Both the position numbers and the translations under genes were made by a program. The notes beneath the pieces are model-generated. The model was not told where the DNA came from and did no database searches. It saw only the letters and a program-made list of their open reading frames with translations. A stretch of DNA of 64,000 nt from an uncultured Eubacteriales bacterium (GTDB lineage Bacteria > Bacillota > Clostridia > Christensenellales > Borkfalkiaceae), in NCBI GenBank assembly GCA_900543915.1, contig UQTB01000006.1:10339-74338 (forward strand), written 5' to 3'. How positions within the stretch are numbered: the first letter of the stretch is position 1; each line of letters starts with the position of its first letter. Positions 9,123 through 19,756 of this stretch are shown one piece after another.

Positions 9123-9380
9123 GATCAATACCGGTTTAACCGGTGGTTTTGATATCCCCTATAAGGGGAAACTGCCAGCCCCGTCAACGGGTATCGCGTT
9201 TATGATAGCGCCTTATTGCCCTGCTCCCCTGTAAAACAGTTTTCTCTTATCACTTTGCAGACCTTTAACCGATGGTTGTCTTATTATTTTTTTCTTAACT
9301 CTTCCTCCGGTAAAACCGGGAAATTTTTCATACGAAAGCGCCATCAAAAACCGCGGCGCGCCCGATCGGGGCGCGCCGCG
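9123..9380 (+). repeat. Dispersed structured repeat family 2, copy A' (~260 bp)
   Basis: Shares the consecutive hairpin modules, the TGTAAAACAG core and the CCGG..AACCGGG..ATTTTTCATRCGAAAGCGC tail with 35841-36166 and 48981-49176. Hairpin 2 shows a compensatory change (CCCCTATAAGGGG versus CCCTGAAAGGG). Confidence 0.7.
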
Positions 9381-9445
9381 TAAAACAAAACAAACAAAAT
9401 GAAACCCTTCCCCCGCGCGCAGGCGCGGACAGATTCAGGCCTTTT

Positions 9446-10360
9446 TTACAATACTTTTGACAGAAATTCTTTCAGACGCGGATCCTGCGGATGGTCAAAG
9501 AACGCATTGGGCTCGTTTTCTTCCTTGATCTTCCCCTCGTCCATAAACAGAACGCGGGTCGCGACTTCGCGCGCAAATCCCATCTCGTGCGTGACGACGA
9601 CCATCGTCATGCCCTCGTCCGCGAGATCCTTCATCAGCTGGAGCACTTCTCCCACCATTTCGGGATCGAGCGCGGAGGTCGGCTCGTCAAAGAGCATTAC
9701 GTCCGGCTCCATGCAGAGGGAACGAACGATGGCGATGCGCTGTTTCTGCCCGCCCGAGAGCTTGGAGGGATACTCGTCCTTTTTCTCGTACAGCCCGATG
9801 CGCTTCAAAAGCTCTTCCGCTTTTTTCTCCGCCTCCTCCTTGGTCTTCAGCTTCAGCTGGACGGGTGCCAGCGTCATATTCTGCAGGACGGTGAGATTGT
9901 TGAAGAGATTGAAGTGCTGAAAAACCATCCCCATTTTGCGCCGCGCGACGTTGATATCCACGGAGGAACTGCGGTAGAGCTCCTTCATCGCGAGGCGGTA
10001 CTCCTTTCCCTCGTGCTTTTTCAAAAGATCTTCCTTTTTGATCTTTCCGATGATTTCGCCGCGCAATGCTTCCGGATCGCTCCTGTCTTCCGCGGCCTCC
10101 CACAACGCGCGGTAGGTGTTGGATTTTTCGATGATATCGAAATGCAGGTAGGGATCGACCGGCGTCAGCAGCTGCCCTTCCATCCACACTTCGCCGTAAG
10201 TGGGGAATTCCAGGAGATTCATGCACCTTAAAAGCGTGGACTTTCCGCTCCCGGAGGGGCCTATGATGACCACCTTCTCCCCCTTTTCAATCTTGCAGGA
10301 GACGCCCTTCAGCACTTCCAGCTTGCCGAAATACTTAAAGATATTGTCAACGATTATCAC
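9446..10360 (-). CDS. Amino-acid ABC transporter ATP-binding protein (GlnQ family) with a ~60-aa insertion between Walker A and Q-loop
   Basis: [50 protein letters not shown]. About 95 aa separate Walker A from the Q-loop, against roughly 35 aa in typical GlnQ. Confidence 0.85.
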   Translation of the reverse strand: MIIVDNIFKYFGKLEVLKGVSCKIEKGEKVVIIGPSGSGKSTLLRCMNLLEFPTYGEVWMEGQLLTPVDPYLHFDIIEKSNTYRALWEAAEDRSDPEALRGEIIGKIKKEDLLKKHEGKEYRLAMKELYRSSSVDINVARRKMGMVFQHFNLFNNLTVLQNMTLAPVQLKLKTKEEAEKKAEELLKRIGLYEKKDEYPSKLSGGQKQRIAIVRSLCMEPDVMLFDEPTSALDPEMVGEVLQLMKDLADEGMTMVVVTHEMGFAREVATRVLFMDEGKIKEENEPNAFFDHPQDPRLKEFLSKVL

Positions 10361-11048
10361 TTGCCCTGAGCCTCCTTTCGATGAGTTTTACCCCCCACAC
10401 CATAGCGTAGACGATAATCAGGTAACAAATTCCCACCAAAATACCGCTCGCAAGATAGTTGACGACCGATTTATTGATGACGTCCGCCGCCGCGTTGAGG
10501 TCGAACGTCAGCATGCCGGGTGTAGACCCCACCCAGCTGATGATCGCAGTCTCTTTGAGAAGCGCGATCATTTCGTTTCCGATTGCCGGAATAACGTTTT
10601 TTACCGCTTGCGGCAGGATGATATGGATCATGGTCTTTCCCCAGCCGAGCCCCATTGCGCGGCCCGCCTCCATCTGTCCTTTATCGACGGATTGAATGCC
10701 GGCGCGGATATTTTCCGAGACATACGCGCCCGAATTGATCCCGAACGTGAGAATGGCGGCGTACACCTTGAACCCGGGAATCGCAAAAATCGCAAAGACC
10801 ATGATAAAGAGCTGAAGCGCAACGGGCGTTCCGCGGAAAACCGTCGTGTACACGCTGCAGATCGCGGAGGGAATTTTCAGCCATTTATACTGCGGGGCGG
10901 CAATTTTCACGATTGCGACCACGGTACCCAAGACCAGCCCCAACAGCGCGGCGACCACCGTGATGACCAGCGTGTGCCAGAACCCCTCGAAGAGATAGCT
11001 GAGAAATTCTCCCGTGCTCAATATTTTCCATATATCCTGAAATAACAT
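10347..11048 (-). CDS. Amino-acid ABC transporter permease
   Basis: 233-aa multi-TM protein with the EAA loop ([21 protein letters not shown]); paralog of 5072-5719. Confidence 0.85.
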   Translation of the reverse strand: MLFQDIWKILSTGEFLSYLFEGFWHTLVITVVAALLGLVLGTVVAIVKIAAPQYKWLKIPSAICSVYTTVFRGTPVALQLFIMVFAIFAIPGFKVYAAILTFGINSGAYVSENIRAGIQSVDKGQMEAGRAMGLGWGKTMIHIILPQAVKNVIPAIGNEMIALLKETAIISWVGSTPGMLTFDLNAAADVINKSVVNYLASGILVGICYLIIVYAMVWGVKLIERRLRASDNR

Positions 11049-11120
11049 AAATGCTCCTGTTTACACAAACAGGGAAAGGGCATGCTGCCCTTTCCCGTTT
11101 CTGTCAGTTTATCTTTCCGC

Positions 11121-11966
11121 TCAGACGCCGAGGTGTTCCATCACCAGCTGCTCAACGCCGTTGTTGCCGTTCTCGTCGGTCTCCGCGAGCAGGGCATTCA
11201 GAACTTTGTTGATCGCGTTGAGAATTTCCGTTTCGCCCTTGGTGACGCAGATCGCATATTCGTCCACAGCCGCTTCGTCCGCTTCCCCGTCGGCGCCCTG
11301 ATAATAAAGGGGCGCGCACTTCAGTTTGCTGTTGTCCTTGATCAGCTGTTTGGCGGGCAGTTCGTCGATGATCACGACGTCGATGTTGAGCCCGATATCC
11401 GCAACCGCCGTGGACAGCGCGTCGTATCCCGTCTTCGTGACGTTCTTTCCGTCCAAAACGCCGCCTTCCGCCGTTTCATCTCCCAGGAAAAGATCGGCGG
11501 TCGTCCCGCTCTGTACGCCGATTTTTTTATCGGCAAAGGCATCCCAGTAAACGCCGGTCACATCGTCCGTCGTCGTGCTTTCATACGTCGCGGCATCGGT
11601 TACCTGATAGATAACGTACAGATTCGCCGTATAATAGGGCACGGAAAAAGCCACCTTTTCCTTGCGCTCATCCGTGATGGAGATTCCTGCCGCGCCCACT
11701 TTCGCGAGCTTGCCGGCGGAAACCGTATCCACGATCTGATCGAAGGCCACGTTCTCGAACTGAACGCTCATGCCGAGCTCTTCGCCGACGAGATTCATGA
11801 TATCGACGTCCGCGCCGACGATCTTGGAGTCTTTAATATACTCAAACGGCGCGAACCCTGCCTCCGTATAGACGATAAGCGTATTCCCGTTGCCGCCGCA
11901 GGCAGCCATTCCCATCGCGCAGGCCGCCGTCAGGACTGCAAGAATCATACACAAAAACTTTTTCAT
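11121..11966 (-). CDS. Amino-acid ABC transporter substrate-binding lipoprotein
   Basis: True start MKKFLCMILAVLTAACAMGMAAC at 11966 with RBS AGAGGAAC and lipobox (GMAAC). The ORF-track upstream extension is artefactual. Confidence 0.75.
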   Translation of the reverse strand: MKKFLCMILAVLTAACAMGMAACGGNGNTLIVYTEAGFAPFEYIKDSKIVGADVDIMNLVGEELGMSVQFENVAFDQIVDTVSAGKLAKVGAAGISITDERKEKVAFSVPYYTANLYVIYQVTDAATYESTTTDDVTGVYWDAFADKKIGVQSGTTADLFLGDETAEGGVLDGKNVTKTGYDALSTAVADIGLNIDVVIIDELPAKQLIKDNSKLKCAPLYYQGADGEADEAAVDEYAICVTKGETEILNAINKVLNALLAETDENGNNGVEQLVMEHLGV

Positions 11967-12247
11967 TTCTCTGTTCCTCTCTTTTTTTGATGATGACGCT
12001 ATTTTAGAACTTTTTTTTTGTATTGTCAACTGTTTTATTGCATAATTCAAAAAAATTTTTAAAAAATATTTAAAAATTGCCATATTTATGTATATTTTTA
12101 TGAATAATCAAATTTTATATTCATTTATTGAAAAACTGTCGCATCTCTCTCCCGCGCGCCGCCGGCTGTGATATGATCAAAGTGGCGTTCGGGAACCTGC
12201 GGCGCCGCCTTCACGGGCGGGCGGAGCCGCGCGATAAGGAGGTATTT

Positions 12248-12772
12248 ATGTATTTATCCGAATTCATTGAGTCTCTCGCCCTCTACGGTCTGCCCGCGGT
12301 CGTCATGTCCGTGCTCGCGGAAGGATGCACGCTTCTGCTCGTCAGACTGTGCAGAATTCAGAATACGGCGCTGAAAAACATTCTGCCCTTTCTCTTCGGC
12401 GTCGCTTTCTCCTGCCTGTACAGCCTGATTTTTCAGGGAGCGGGGAGCGTCTTTACCGAAGAGACGCTTTATACGGGCATACTCTGCGGCTCGCTTTCCA
12501 CTGTGTACGGAGCGATTCTGAACAGGACGCTCTCGAAAAAAGCGGAGCCCGACCGGGAGAGCATCGTCATCGGACAGCTGAACGGCTTTGTCCGCCCGGA
12601 AGAGCTGTCGGATACGGCAAAAGCGATCTGCGCCGCGCTGGAAGAAGGCGCGGACGAACAGGCGATCGCCGCGATCATCGCGGCGCACGGCACGGAGGCA
12701 GCGGACGATGAAACCGCCCGGCGGCTCGCGGCATTTCTCCTCGCCGCGGTCGAAGCGCTGAAAGAGGAGTAA
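12248..12772 (+). CDS. Hypothetical small membrane protein (two TM helices, acidic C-terminal tail) upstream of the ger operon
   Basis: GGAGG RBS 8 nt upstream of the ATG at 12248; the hydrophobic N-terminal half resembles holin-like or small membrane proteins. Function unknown. Confidence 0.5.
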   Translation: MYLSEFIESLALYGLPAVVMSVLAEGCTLLLVRLCRIQNTALKNILPFLFGVAFSCLYSLIFQGAGSVFTEETLYTGILCGSLSTVYGAILNRTLSKKAEPDRESIVIGQLNGFVRPEELSDTAKAICAALEEGADEQAIAAIIAAHGTEAADDETARRLAAFLLAAVEALKEE

Positions 12773-12841
12773 CGGACGCGCCCCCGCGAAAAAGCGGGGG
12801 CGTTTTCGTATTTTTTTCGCAAATATCTCGATACTATCCGT

Positions 12842-14287
12842 ATGAAATTCAAAAAGAGCCTGAAAGAGAATCTCTCTTTTTTAAAAAAGAAGTTATCCGC
12901 GCAGGATGTTTTTTTCTATGAAATCAAGATCGGCGGGAAACGGGACGCCTGCCTGATCTTCGTCGACTCCCTGACGGACAAGGCGGAAGCCGGGCGGCTG
13001 CTCGTCAACCCGCTCTCGCAATTTGCGGGCAATCCGACTTACGCCGCCGTAAAAAACAGCCTGCTCTCCCCCGAGCGGAAGGAATATACGGATACGGAAG
13101 AAGCGATCGACGATATGCTCACGGGCAACACCATGCTCGTGATAGACGGATGCACACACGTCATCTGTTACGGTCTCAAGAAATTCGAAGTCCGCGCGGT
13201 CTCCGAACCGCCGACCTCCACCGTGATCAAGGGGCCGCGCGAGGGCTTTAACGAGTGCCTGCCCGTCAACCTGAGCATGCTCCGCCGCCGCATCAAGTCC
13301 CCCGACCTGGAAGTGGAGATGCTGAATATGGGAAAATACTCCAAGACGGCGATCGCGCTGACCTATATCAAGGGCGTTGTGCAGGAAGGGCTGGTAGAAT
13401 CGGTCAAAGAGCGCCTCGCCAAGATCGAGATCGACGGGATTCTGGACGCCTCCTACGTATCGAAATTTCTCAACGAAAAAAAGAGCTCTCTTTTCAAGCA
13501 GGTAGGCACCACGGAAAAGCCGGATATCCTCGCCTCCAAGCTGCTGGAGGGAAGAATCGGCATCGTCGTGGACGGCTCGCCCATCGCGCTCACCCTCCCT
13601 TATATTCTGATCGAGGATTTTCAGAGCCCGGAAGACTACTATACGTCTCCCTATAAAGCGACGGTCGCCCGCGGGCTGCGGGCGCTCTCCGTGTTCCTCG
13701 CGGTGCTGCTGCCCGGCTTTTTCGTGGCGGCTCAGCTCTTTCACCTGCAGCTGATCCCGCTCAACTTTCTCCTGACCATCGTCAATTCCATCAAGGGGAT
13801 CCCCCTGTCGCCCAGCTTCGAGATGTTCTTCACTCTCCTGATCTTCGAGATTCTCAACGAGGCGAGCGTGCGCATGCCGAAATACGTCGGCATGGTGGTT
13901 TCCATCGTCGGCGGCCTCGTGCTGGGCGAAACCGCCGTCAACGCCGGCATCATTTCCGCTCCCGCGCTGATGATCATAGCGCTGTCCGGGATCTGCCTTT
14001 ACACCGTCCCCGAGCTCGTGCAGACCTTTTCGCTCGTCCGCATCATCATTCTCATTCTCGCAGGCTCCCTGGGCGGCTACAGCATCATCCTGGCGGGCGC
14101 GTTCTTCCTGATCTACCTCGTATCCTTCGAGGACTTTAAAACGCCCCTGTTGGCGCCCTACGCGCCGATGATCCTGCACGACAAGCGGGACGGCTTTTAT
14201 AAGGGCGCGCTCACCAGTCAGAAGGAACGCCCCGTCGTATTCAAGAGCCCCAACAAGACAAGGCTCAAAATCAAGGAGGACGCATGA
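12842..14287 (+). CDS. Spore germination receptor A subunit (GerAA/GerKA family)
   Basis: 481 aa with the GerA-family architecture: soluble N-terminal domain followed by a C-terminal multi-TM domain. Confidence 0.8.
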   Translation: MKFKKSLKENLSFLKKKLSAQDVFFYEIKIGGKRDACLIFVDSLTDKAEAGRLLVNPLSQFAGNPTYAAVKNSLLSPERKEYTDTEEAIDDMLTGNTMLVIDGCTHVICYGLKKFEVRAVSEPPTSTVIKGPREGFNECLPVNLSMLRRRIKSPDLEVEMLNMGKYSKTAIALTYIKGVVQEGLVESVKERLAKIEIDGILDASYVSKFLNEKKSSLFKQVGTTEKPDILASKLLEGRIGIVVDGSPIALTLPYILIEDFQSPEDYYTSPYKATVARGLRALSVFLAVLLPGFFVAAQLFHLQLIPLNFLLTIVNSIKGIPLSPSFEMFFTLLIFEILNEASVRMPKYVGMVVSIVGGLVLGETAVNAGIISAPALMIIALSGICLYTVPELVQTFSLVRIIILILAGSLGGYSIILAGAFFLIYLVSFEDFKTPLLAPYAPMILHDKRDGFYKGALTSQKERPVVFKSPNKTRLKIKEDA

Positions 14288-15369
14288 ACGAACTGAAACT
14301 GCGGCAGGTCTGCCTGATCCTGCTCGCTTTTATCCCCGTGACAAAGATCTTCACCCTCCCCGCGACGCTTTCCCACTACGCGCACGAGGATCTTCTGCTG
14401 TCCGCGCTCATCCCCTTCGCGCTGGATTTTCTCGTGCTGGGCGCGGTATGGTACGCCTCCCGCCGCGCCGGCTGCGATTTCCCGGCCTACATCCGGCGGA
14501 CGCTCGGCAACACGGGCGCGAAGATCTATTTCTTCCTCTATTTCGTCTACTTCTTTCTCAAAGCCTATCTGCCCATCGAAGAGCAGAAGGACTTTGTGGA
14601 GCTGACGCTGTACGAGACCGATCCCACGATATTTCTCTTCTTTCCCTTCTTTTTTATCAGCACGTATCTCGCCGTCAAGCCCCTGCGCACGCTGGGAAGG
14701 GCGGCGGATATCCTGACGGGCGTCACCATACTGTCTTTCGCAATTCTGCTCTTTTTGGCGGTGGGACAGACGGATGTCGCCGCGCTGCTGCCCGTCGGCG
14801 CACAGGGGAAAAACATCTTCACTGCCACCTATTACGGGCTCTCCTGGTTCGGCGACGGCGTGTATTTTCTCTTCCTGCTGGGCACCTTCCGCACGGAAAA
14901 AAAGGGGCTTTTAAAAATCATGCTGAGTTACGCCGGCGTGGCGCTTCTCACCCTTTTGTTTCTGGCGGTCTTTTACGGCTCCTTTTCCTCCATCGCGGAC
15001 AGGCAGGAATTCGCGCTGAACGAGATGTCCAAGTATTCCGCGGTCATCCTGGCGGTCGGCCGCTTCGACTATATCGCGATCTTTCTGTTCCTCGGCGTCG
15101 GGGTATTCTCCATCGCACTGCCCCTCTACTTTTCGACATACGCGCTGCGGCAGGTTTTTCCCTTCAAGCAGTCCCCTCTGCCGGCGATCATCGTCAACGT
15201 CGGCATGCTCGCGTTCACGCTGCTTTCCAAGTACGACTACGTGCTCATCCGCGACACGCTGCTTTCCTGGAACGGAGTTCTGGTGATCGTATTTTCTTAC
15301 GTGATCCCCATAGCGACCGCCTTTTTCAAAAAGGACAAGACCCTTCCCTTAAAGGAGAAAACGGCATGA
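14284..15369 (+). CDS. Spore germination receptor B subunit (GerAB/GerKB, APC-superfamily spore permease)
   Basis: 361-aa polytopic membrane protein. Its start overlaps the A-subunit stop and its stop overlaps the C-subunit start (ATGA). Confidence 0.8.
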   Translation: MNELKLRQVCLILLAFIPVTKIFTLPATLSHYAHEDLLLSALIPFALDFLVLGAVWYASRRAGCDFPAYIRRTLGNTGAKIYFFLYFVYFFLKAYLPIEEQKDFVELTLYETDPTIFLFFPFFFISTYLAVKPLRTLGRAADILTGVTILSFAILLFLAVGQTDVAALLPVGAQGKNIFTATYYGLSWFGDGVYFLFLLGTFRTEKKGLLKIMLSYAGVALLTLLFLAVFYGSFSSIADRQEFALNEMSKYSAVILAVGRFDYIAIFLFLGVGVFSIALPLYFSTYALRQVFPFKQSPLPAIIVNVGMLAFTLLSKYDYVLIRDTLLSWNGVLVIVFSYVIPIATAFFKKDKTLPLKEKTA

Positions 15370-16634
15370 AAAATCTTTGGAAAAAAATCTCCCTTATTTT
15401 GGCGGGCGCGGTCGTGGTGCTGTTTTTTTCCAACGACTTCGGCCTGATCGACGTGGAAAAGACCGCCATCATCACCGCGATCGGCGTGGACCTTGCCGAG
15501 AGCGGCAACTTTGAACTGACCGTTCAGATCGCGGTGCCGCAGGTCTCCAGCTCGCAGTCCGAAAACAAGAAGGCGATCGTCTCCTGCGAGGGGGACACCG
15601 TCAGTTTCGCCCTGCACGAAATCGGCACGCGGACGGGATGGTACCCCAAACTGTCCTTCTGCAACCTCATCGTGCTGGGAGAAAAGATGCTGAACGAAGG
15701 CGACGTCACCGCGATCGTGGAATACTTCGCGCGGACGGTCAAAATACAGGACTCCGCCATCCTGACCGCCTGCGAGGACACGGCGAAAGAGCTGCTGCAG
15801 GTATCCACGCCGCTGGACAACCTCTCTGCGTTCGCGCTCCAGAAAATACTCATCAAAAATCCCGGCCAGGCCAACGACGTGTTTGCGGCGAATATCAAAT
15901 TCTTCTCCATCGGTCTGTACTCTCAGAGCGGCGCTTCCCTCATCCCCTACATCAGGAAAATCGCCACTCACGGAGATCCGGGCGATAAGACCGGCAGCCC
16001 GACGGAGAGCGGCAGCTCCTCCGAAAGCGACCAGTCGCAGAGCGGCGATCAGGAATCGGGAGGGACCACCCAAAGCGGAAACATGGACGGCGGCGGCGGA
16101 ACCACGGCCAAAGAATTCGTATTCGACGCCACCTCGTCCGTGCTCTTCAACCGCGGCACGCCCGTCGGCATCATGGACAGCGATATGACGCTGGCGATGA
16201 ACTTTCTCATCCGCAGAAGCGGGGACACCGTTTACGGCGTTCACGACGTGATCAAAAACGGGACGAAGGAAAATTACCTGCTCACCGTCACGGACAACGA
16301 CTGCTCGCTCGATCTGCTGTTTGAAAACGGGAAGCCCGTGATGAACGTCAAAGCGCACCTCTTCGCGCAGATCGACGACACGACCGACCGACTGGACGGG
16401 GCGTCCGTGGCGGACAAATTCAATCTACCGCCGGAAGTCACGGAAAAGGCGGAAGAACAGTTTCGGGAGACCATCTATAAAATATACGATCTGGCAAAAC
16501 AGACGGGAGTGGACATTTTCAAAATGAAAAACAAACTCTACCGCTTTCATCACAAATATTACGAAGTCATGAAAGAGGATCTCTACGAACGCATGGAGAT
16601 CCGGACGGACATCAGATTTGCCGGAAGGAACTGA
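15366..16634 (+). CDS. Spore germination receptor C subunit (GerAC/GerKC family) with a Ser/Gly/Gln-rich low-complexity insert
   Basis: Start MKNLWKK at 15366. The 728-aa ORF-track call from 14448 is an artefact that shares only this frame's 3' portion. Followed by an intrinsic terminator. Confidence 0.7.
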   Translation: MKNLWKKISLILAGAVVVLFFSNDFGLIDVEKTAIITAIGVDLAESGNFELTVQIAVPQVSSSQSENKKAIVSCEGDTVSFALHEIGTRTGWYPKLSFCNLIVLGEKMLNEGDVTAIVEYFARTVKIQDSAILTACEDTAKELLQVSTPLDNLSAFALQKILIKNPGQANDVFAANIKFFSIGLYSQSGASLIPYIRKIATHGDPGDKTGSPTESGSSSESDQSQSGDQESGGTTQSGNMDGGGGTTAKEFVFDATSSVLFNRGTPVGIMDSDMTLAMNFLIRRSGDTVYGVHDVIKNGTKENYLLTVTDNDCSLDLLFENGKPVMNVKAHLFAQIDDTTDRLDGASVADKFNLPPEVTEKAEEQFRETIYKIYDLAKQTGVDIFKMKNKLYRFHHKYYEVMKEDLYERMEIRTDIRFAGRN

Positions 16635-16682
16635 CCTGCCCCCGCGAAGCCGCGCGGAGAGCCGGCCGCCGTTCCGCCGAAC

Positions 16683-16714
16683 TCGAAAAAACCGCCGGCT
16701 CAGCCGGCGGTTTT
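16683..16714 (+). terminator. Intrinsic terminator after the ger operon
   Basis: AAAAAACCGCCGGCTCAGCCGGCGGTTTTACGTTT: GC-rich hairpin followed by a T-run. Confidence 0.6.
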
Positions 16715-17050
16715 ACGTTTACAGTCCCCTTTTATGCTGCCGGCAGCGCGCAAGCCGCGCTTTTTTGGTCTGACGGACATACGCTGCCTTCATGCTTCCT
16801 TCCACATATTGATTCCGCGCCTGCCCTCCTCATCCTCTCGTCTGTGAACGGAATACCCATATCATTGCAATTTTCTTCTTACTCGCATTTTTTCGATTGA
16901 CTATCCCCTTACAAAAAAGAGAGCAATAAAAAGCGCTGTCTATAAGATTTAAAGGAGCGAAGAATTGTAACATTCTTCGCTCCTTTTATTGCCCGCTGAA
17001 TTGTAATTTATCTTTTAATCGTTCAATTTTTTTCATTTTCATACTTTATC

Positions 17051-17278
17051 TTAATTTTCTTCCATTACCGGAGTAATCACAATTTTGCAGTCGCTGCAAT
17101 AAAAAGATTTTGCCTTTTGCATTCTCAAAACCGGAACTTTTGTTAAATTAACGCCAACATCTGTTTTATTGTAAATTGTTGGAGGCACTTTCTCATTTTC
17201 GGGAATCCACATTAAAGCCATCTTACTTGCAGGAATATAACCGGCAGACATTTCTTTCTTACAATAAGGACATTTCAT
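17051..17278 (-). CDS. Small zinc-ribbon protein (CxxC...CxxC)
   Basis: 75 aa with MKCPYCKK...CSDCK and RBS AAGAGG, inside an AT-rich islet (about 16860-17450) that contrasts with the flanking GC-rich DNA. A bidirectional terminator hairpin lies at 16951-16990. Confidence 0.55.
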   Translation of the reverse strand: MKCPYCKKEMSAGYIPASKMALMWIPENEKVPPTIYNKTDVGVNLTKVPVLRMQKAKSFYCSDCKIVITPVMEEN

Positions 17279-17455
17279 GTAACTACCTCTTTAATAAATC
17301 CATTGTTGTTTTCAAATGATAACATAATCAGCGTAAAAAGTAAAATAAATAGCGCACTTATCTTGCCTACAAGGGATCGTGCACTATATTGATATTCCCC
17401 AGTAAAAATTCCCTATGGGGACAGCGGGCATCTGCTCTCTTTTTCAGCCGCTCCG

Positions 17456-18529
17456 TCAAACAGGCCTCGGCAGCGCCGTGCCCGGCTTTTTCCCAGGGCG
17501 CTTTCCCAAAAGGCGCGCTCTGGCACGCGCCGTCAGAAGTTCGGGGCGCGCCGCGGCGTACCACTCCAGCGTATCGAAGATGGTCCGCATGCTGCCGCGT
17601 ACCGAATATCCCAGCTCTTCCTGCGCTTTTTTTGCGGAGAAATTTGCGTTGCAGGTGATCGTATAGAGCGAATAAGCGGTAAACAAGGGCTTTTTTCCGC
17701 GCTTTAACGCCGTTTTTTCCAGCATCGGCGCGAACTTTGCCGCCAGCCGGACGGAAAACTCAAACACCCGCGCGCTCCTGCCCATCCGGAACCGCACGTA
17801 ACGCATGATCTGCGAAATGCTCACGCGGTTTCCGCTCAGGAGATACCCTTCGCCCACTCTGCCGCGCAGAGCGGCGAGATAAACGCCGTTCGCGCAGTCT
17901 CTGACGTCCACAAAATTATAGCCTGCGCCCTTTAAAGAGACGTTCAGCTTGCCGTTTGCGATGTCCAAAAGCAACGTCCCCATGCTGGACGTCTTATAGT
18001 CTTTCGGCCCGACGATCCCCGAAGGATAGACGACCACCGCGGGGAGCCCGCGCCTGATATAGTCGAAGACCAGACGGGTCGCGACGGTCTTGCTCTTTGC
18101 GTAATCGCCGACAATTTTATTTTCGTCAAACTCCGTCGGTTCCGTCATGACGGCGTTCCCCTCCGCAGGCTCGACGACGTGAACGGAACTCGTATAGACG
18201 AGCTTTTCGACCTTCTGCTGCAGGCACGCTTTCAGAACGTTTTCCGTCCCCCTGATATTGACCTCGTAGACGCGGCTCTTGTCTCCGCCGGAAATATCGA
18301 CGATCCCGGCCAGGTGAAAGACGATATCCCCTTCCGCGATGTTGCCGAGCAGGAAAGCGAAATCCAGCACGTCTCCGTAGCGGATATCCACGCCCTTGCC
18401 CGCGAACATGCTCACGTCCTCGTGCGGCAGCGCAAAGACGGTAACGGTCCCGTCCCCCGCGAGCAGCAAGCGGTCCACCAGATTGTTTCCCAAGTGCCCC
18501 GTGGCACCCGTAACGACGTAATGTTTCAT
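17456..18529 (-). CDS. NAD-dependent epimerase/dehydratase family protein (extended SDR)
   Basis: N-terminal Rossmann motif VTGATGHLGNNLV and a YxxxK region, 357 aa. Confidence 0.8.
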   Translation of the reverse strand: MKHYVVTGATGHLGNNLVDRLLLAGDGTVTVFALPHEDVSMFAGKGVDIRYGDVLDFAFLLGNIAEGDIVFHLAGIVDISGGDKSRVYEVNIRGTENVLKACLQQKVEKLVYTSSVHVVEPAEGNAVMTEPTEFDENKIVGDYAKSKTVATRLVFDYIRRGLPAVVVYPSGIVGPKDYKTSSMGTLLLDIANGKLNVSLKGAGYNFVDVRDCANGVYLAALRGRVGEGYLLSGNRVSISQIMRYVRFRMGRSARVFEFSVRLAAKFAPMLEKTALKRGKKPLFTAYSLYTITCNANFSAKKAQEELGYSVRGSMRTIFDTLEWYAAARPELLTARARARLLGKRPGKKPGTALPRPV

Positions 18530-18658
18530 GGCAATCCTCCTTTTGTAAGCCCTGAAAATTGCCCCCTCCCGAAGAAAAAACAGCTTTCCTTTCTTTTACT
18601 ATTATTATACCACCGAAATGAAGCCGCGAACCCATGAACTTTTTCGTTTTTGTAACGA

Positions 18659-19315
18659 TTATCCGTGATTTTGCTGTAATAATTTCAGTACATTTCCCAA
18701 TTCTTCCACCGTTTTGGCCACGATATCGGCGCCGGCAGCCTCCAGTTCGCCCGCTTCCGCGAAGCCGTATCCCGCGCCCACGCACAAGAGGCCGTTCGCC
18801 TTCGCCCCCGCGACGTCGTACTTGCGGTCGCCCACCATCACGGTCTCCGCTTTCCCCGCGCCGAGCGCTTTCAGCGCCCGCCCGATCACCGCGCTTTTTT
18901 CTCCCCCCGCTCCGTCCGGCGCGGCGCCGACGACCGCGTCGAAATACCCTTCCAGCGAAAAGGCGGAGAGAATCTGCCTGACGAACACTTCGGGCTTGGA
19001 CGAAGCCACCGCGAGGTGCGCTCCACCCGCTTTCAGCGCGGAGAGCACGTCCTCTATCCCCTCGTAAGGCGCGTTTTCAAAGACGCCTTGCCGGACAAAC
19101 CGGACGCGGTAAAGCGCGGCTGCCCGCTCCGCATCCTCCTCCGAAAAGCCGTAAAAATCCATAAACGCCTCTTTGAGAGGCGGCCCGATGAATTTTCTGA
19201 GGTCTTCCCGTCTCTCTTCGATGCCGAACGCCGCAAGCGCGCTCTGCACGCAGCCCGTAATCCCTTCCTGCGGGTCGGTCAGCGTGCCGTCCAAGTCAAA
19301 TAAAAAATAATTCAT
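18659..19315 (-). CDS. HAD-superfamily hydrolase (phosphoglycolate phosphatase-like)
   Basis: Motif I FLFDLDGTLTD at the N-terminus and a GDRKYD motif IV-like region; probable start MNYF at 19315. Confidence 0.75.
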   Translation of the reverse strand: MNYFLFDLDGTLTDPQEGITGCVQSALAAFGIEERREDLRKFIGPPLKEAFMDFYGFSEEDAERAAALYRVRFVRQGVFENAPYEGIEDVLSALKAGGAHLAVASSKPEVFVRQILSAFSLEGYFDAVVGAAPDGAGGEKSAVIGRALKALGAGKAETVMVGDRKYDVAGAKANGLLCVGAGYGFAEAGELEAAGADIVAKTVEELGNVLKLLQQNHG

Positions 19316-19422
19316 ACCGCCGATTATACCACGCGCGGCGGCGGTTGTCAATCCATTCCCGCCCTGTAATTTTCTTGCCTTTTTGCGCGGATTCTGCTAT
19401 ACTGTGAAAAAGAGGAAACGAT

Positions 19423-19713
19423 ATGGAACAGAGCAATTATGAAATGAGAGAAAGCAAGTTGATCAGGCACGGGCAGCGCGTCTCCGTCGGAACGCTCGTC
19501 TTTTCGCTGATCGCCGCCCTGTACGCGCTGTCCTGCGTACTCCTTCAGTACGGCGTCATTCCGCTCGAGGGAGCGGGGCGCATCGCCCTGATCGCCGCTG
19601 GCGGCGGGGTGACGCTGATCGCCTTTCTCCTCGTGCTGATCGACTCCTTCCGCTACCGCAGAGAATACCGGCAGTTTACGGAGGACTTCGGCGATCCGAA
19701 ACGCCCGTCCTGA
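19423..19713 (+). CDS. Hypothetical small membrane protein (2 TM)
   Basis: RBS AAGAGGAAAC precedes the ATG; followed by a strong intrinsic terminator. Confidence 0.5.
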   Translation: MEQSNYEMRESKLIRHGQRVSVGTLVFSLIAALYALSCVLLQYGVIPLEGAGRIALIAAGGGVTLIAFLLVLIDSFRYRREYRQFTEDFGDPKRPS

Positions 19714-19726
19714 CATTTCTCCCCGC

Positions 19727-19756
19727 ATGCGCAGCGGGGATTTTTTTATTGAAAAA
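19727..19756 (+). terminator. Intrinsic terminator
   Basis: TCCCCGCATGCGCAGCGGGGA hairpin followed by TTTTTTTATT. Confidence 0.7.

Noticed and set aside
12893-14179. 428-aa minus-strand ORF across gerA
   Set aside because: It is antisense to a well-conserved GerA-family gene and has a low-complexity Arg/Asp-rich translation.
14448-15365. Upstream 306 codons of the 728-aa ORF-track call that ends with gerC
   Set aside because: That portion is out of frame with and overlaps gerB, a polytopic permease. The real gerC starts at the ATG at 15366 (ATGA overlap with the gerB stop).
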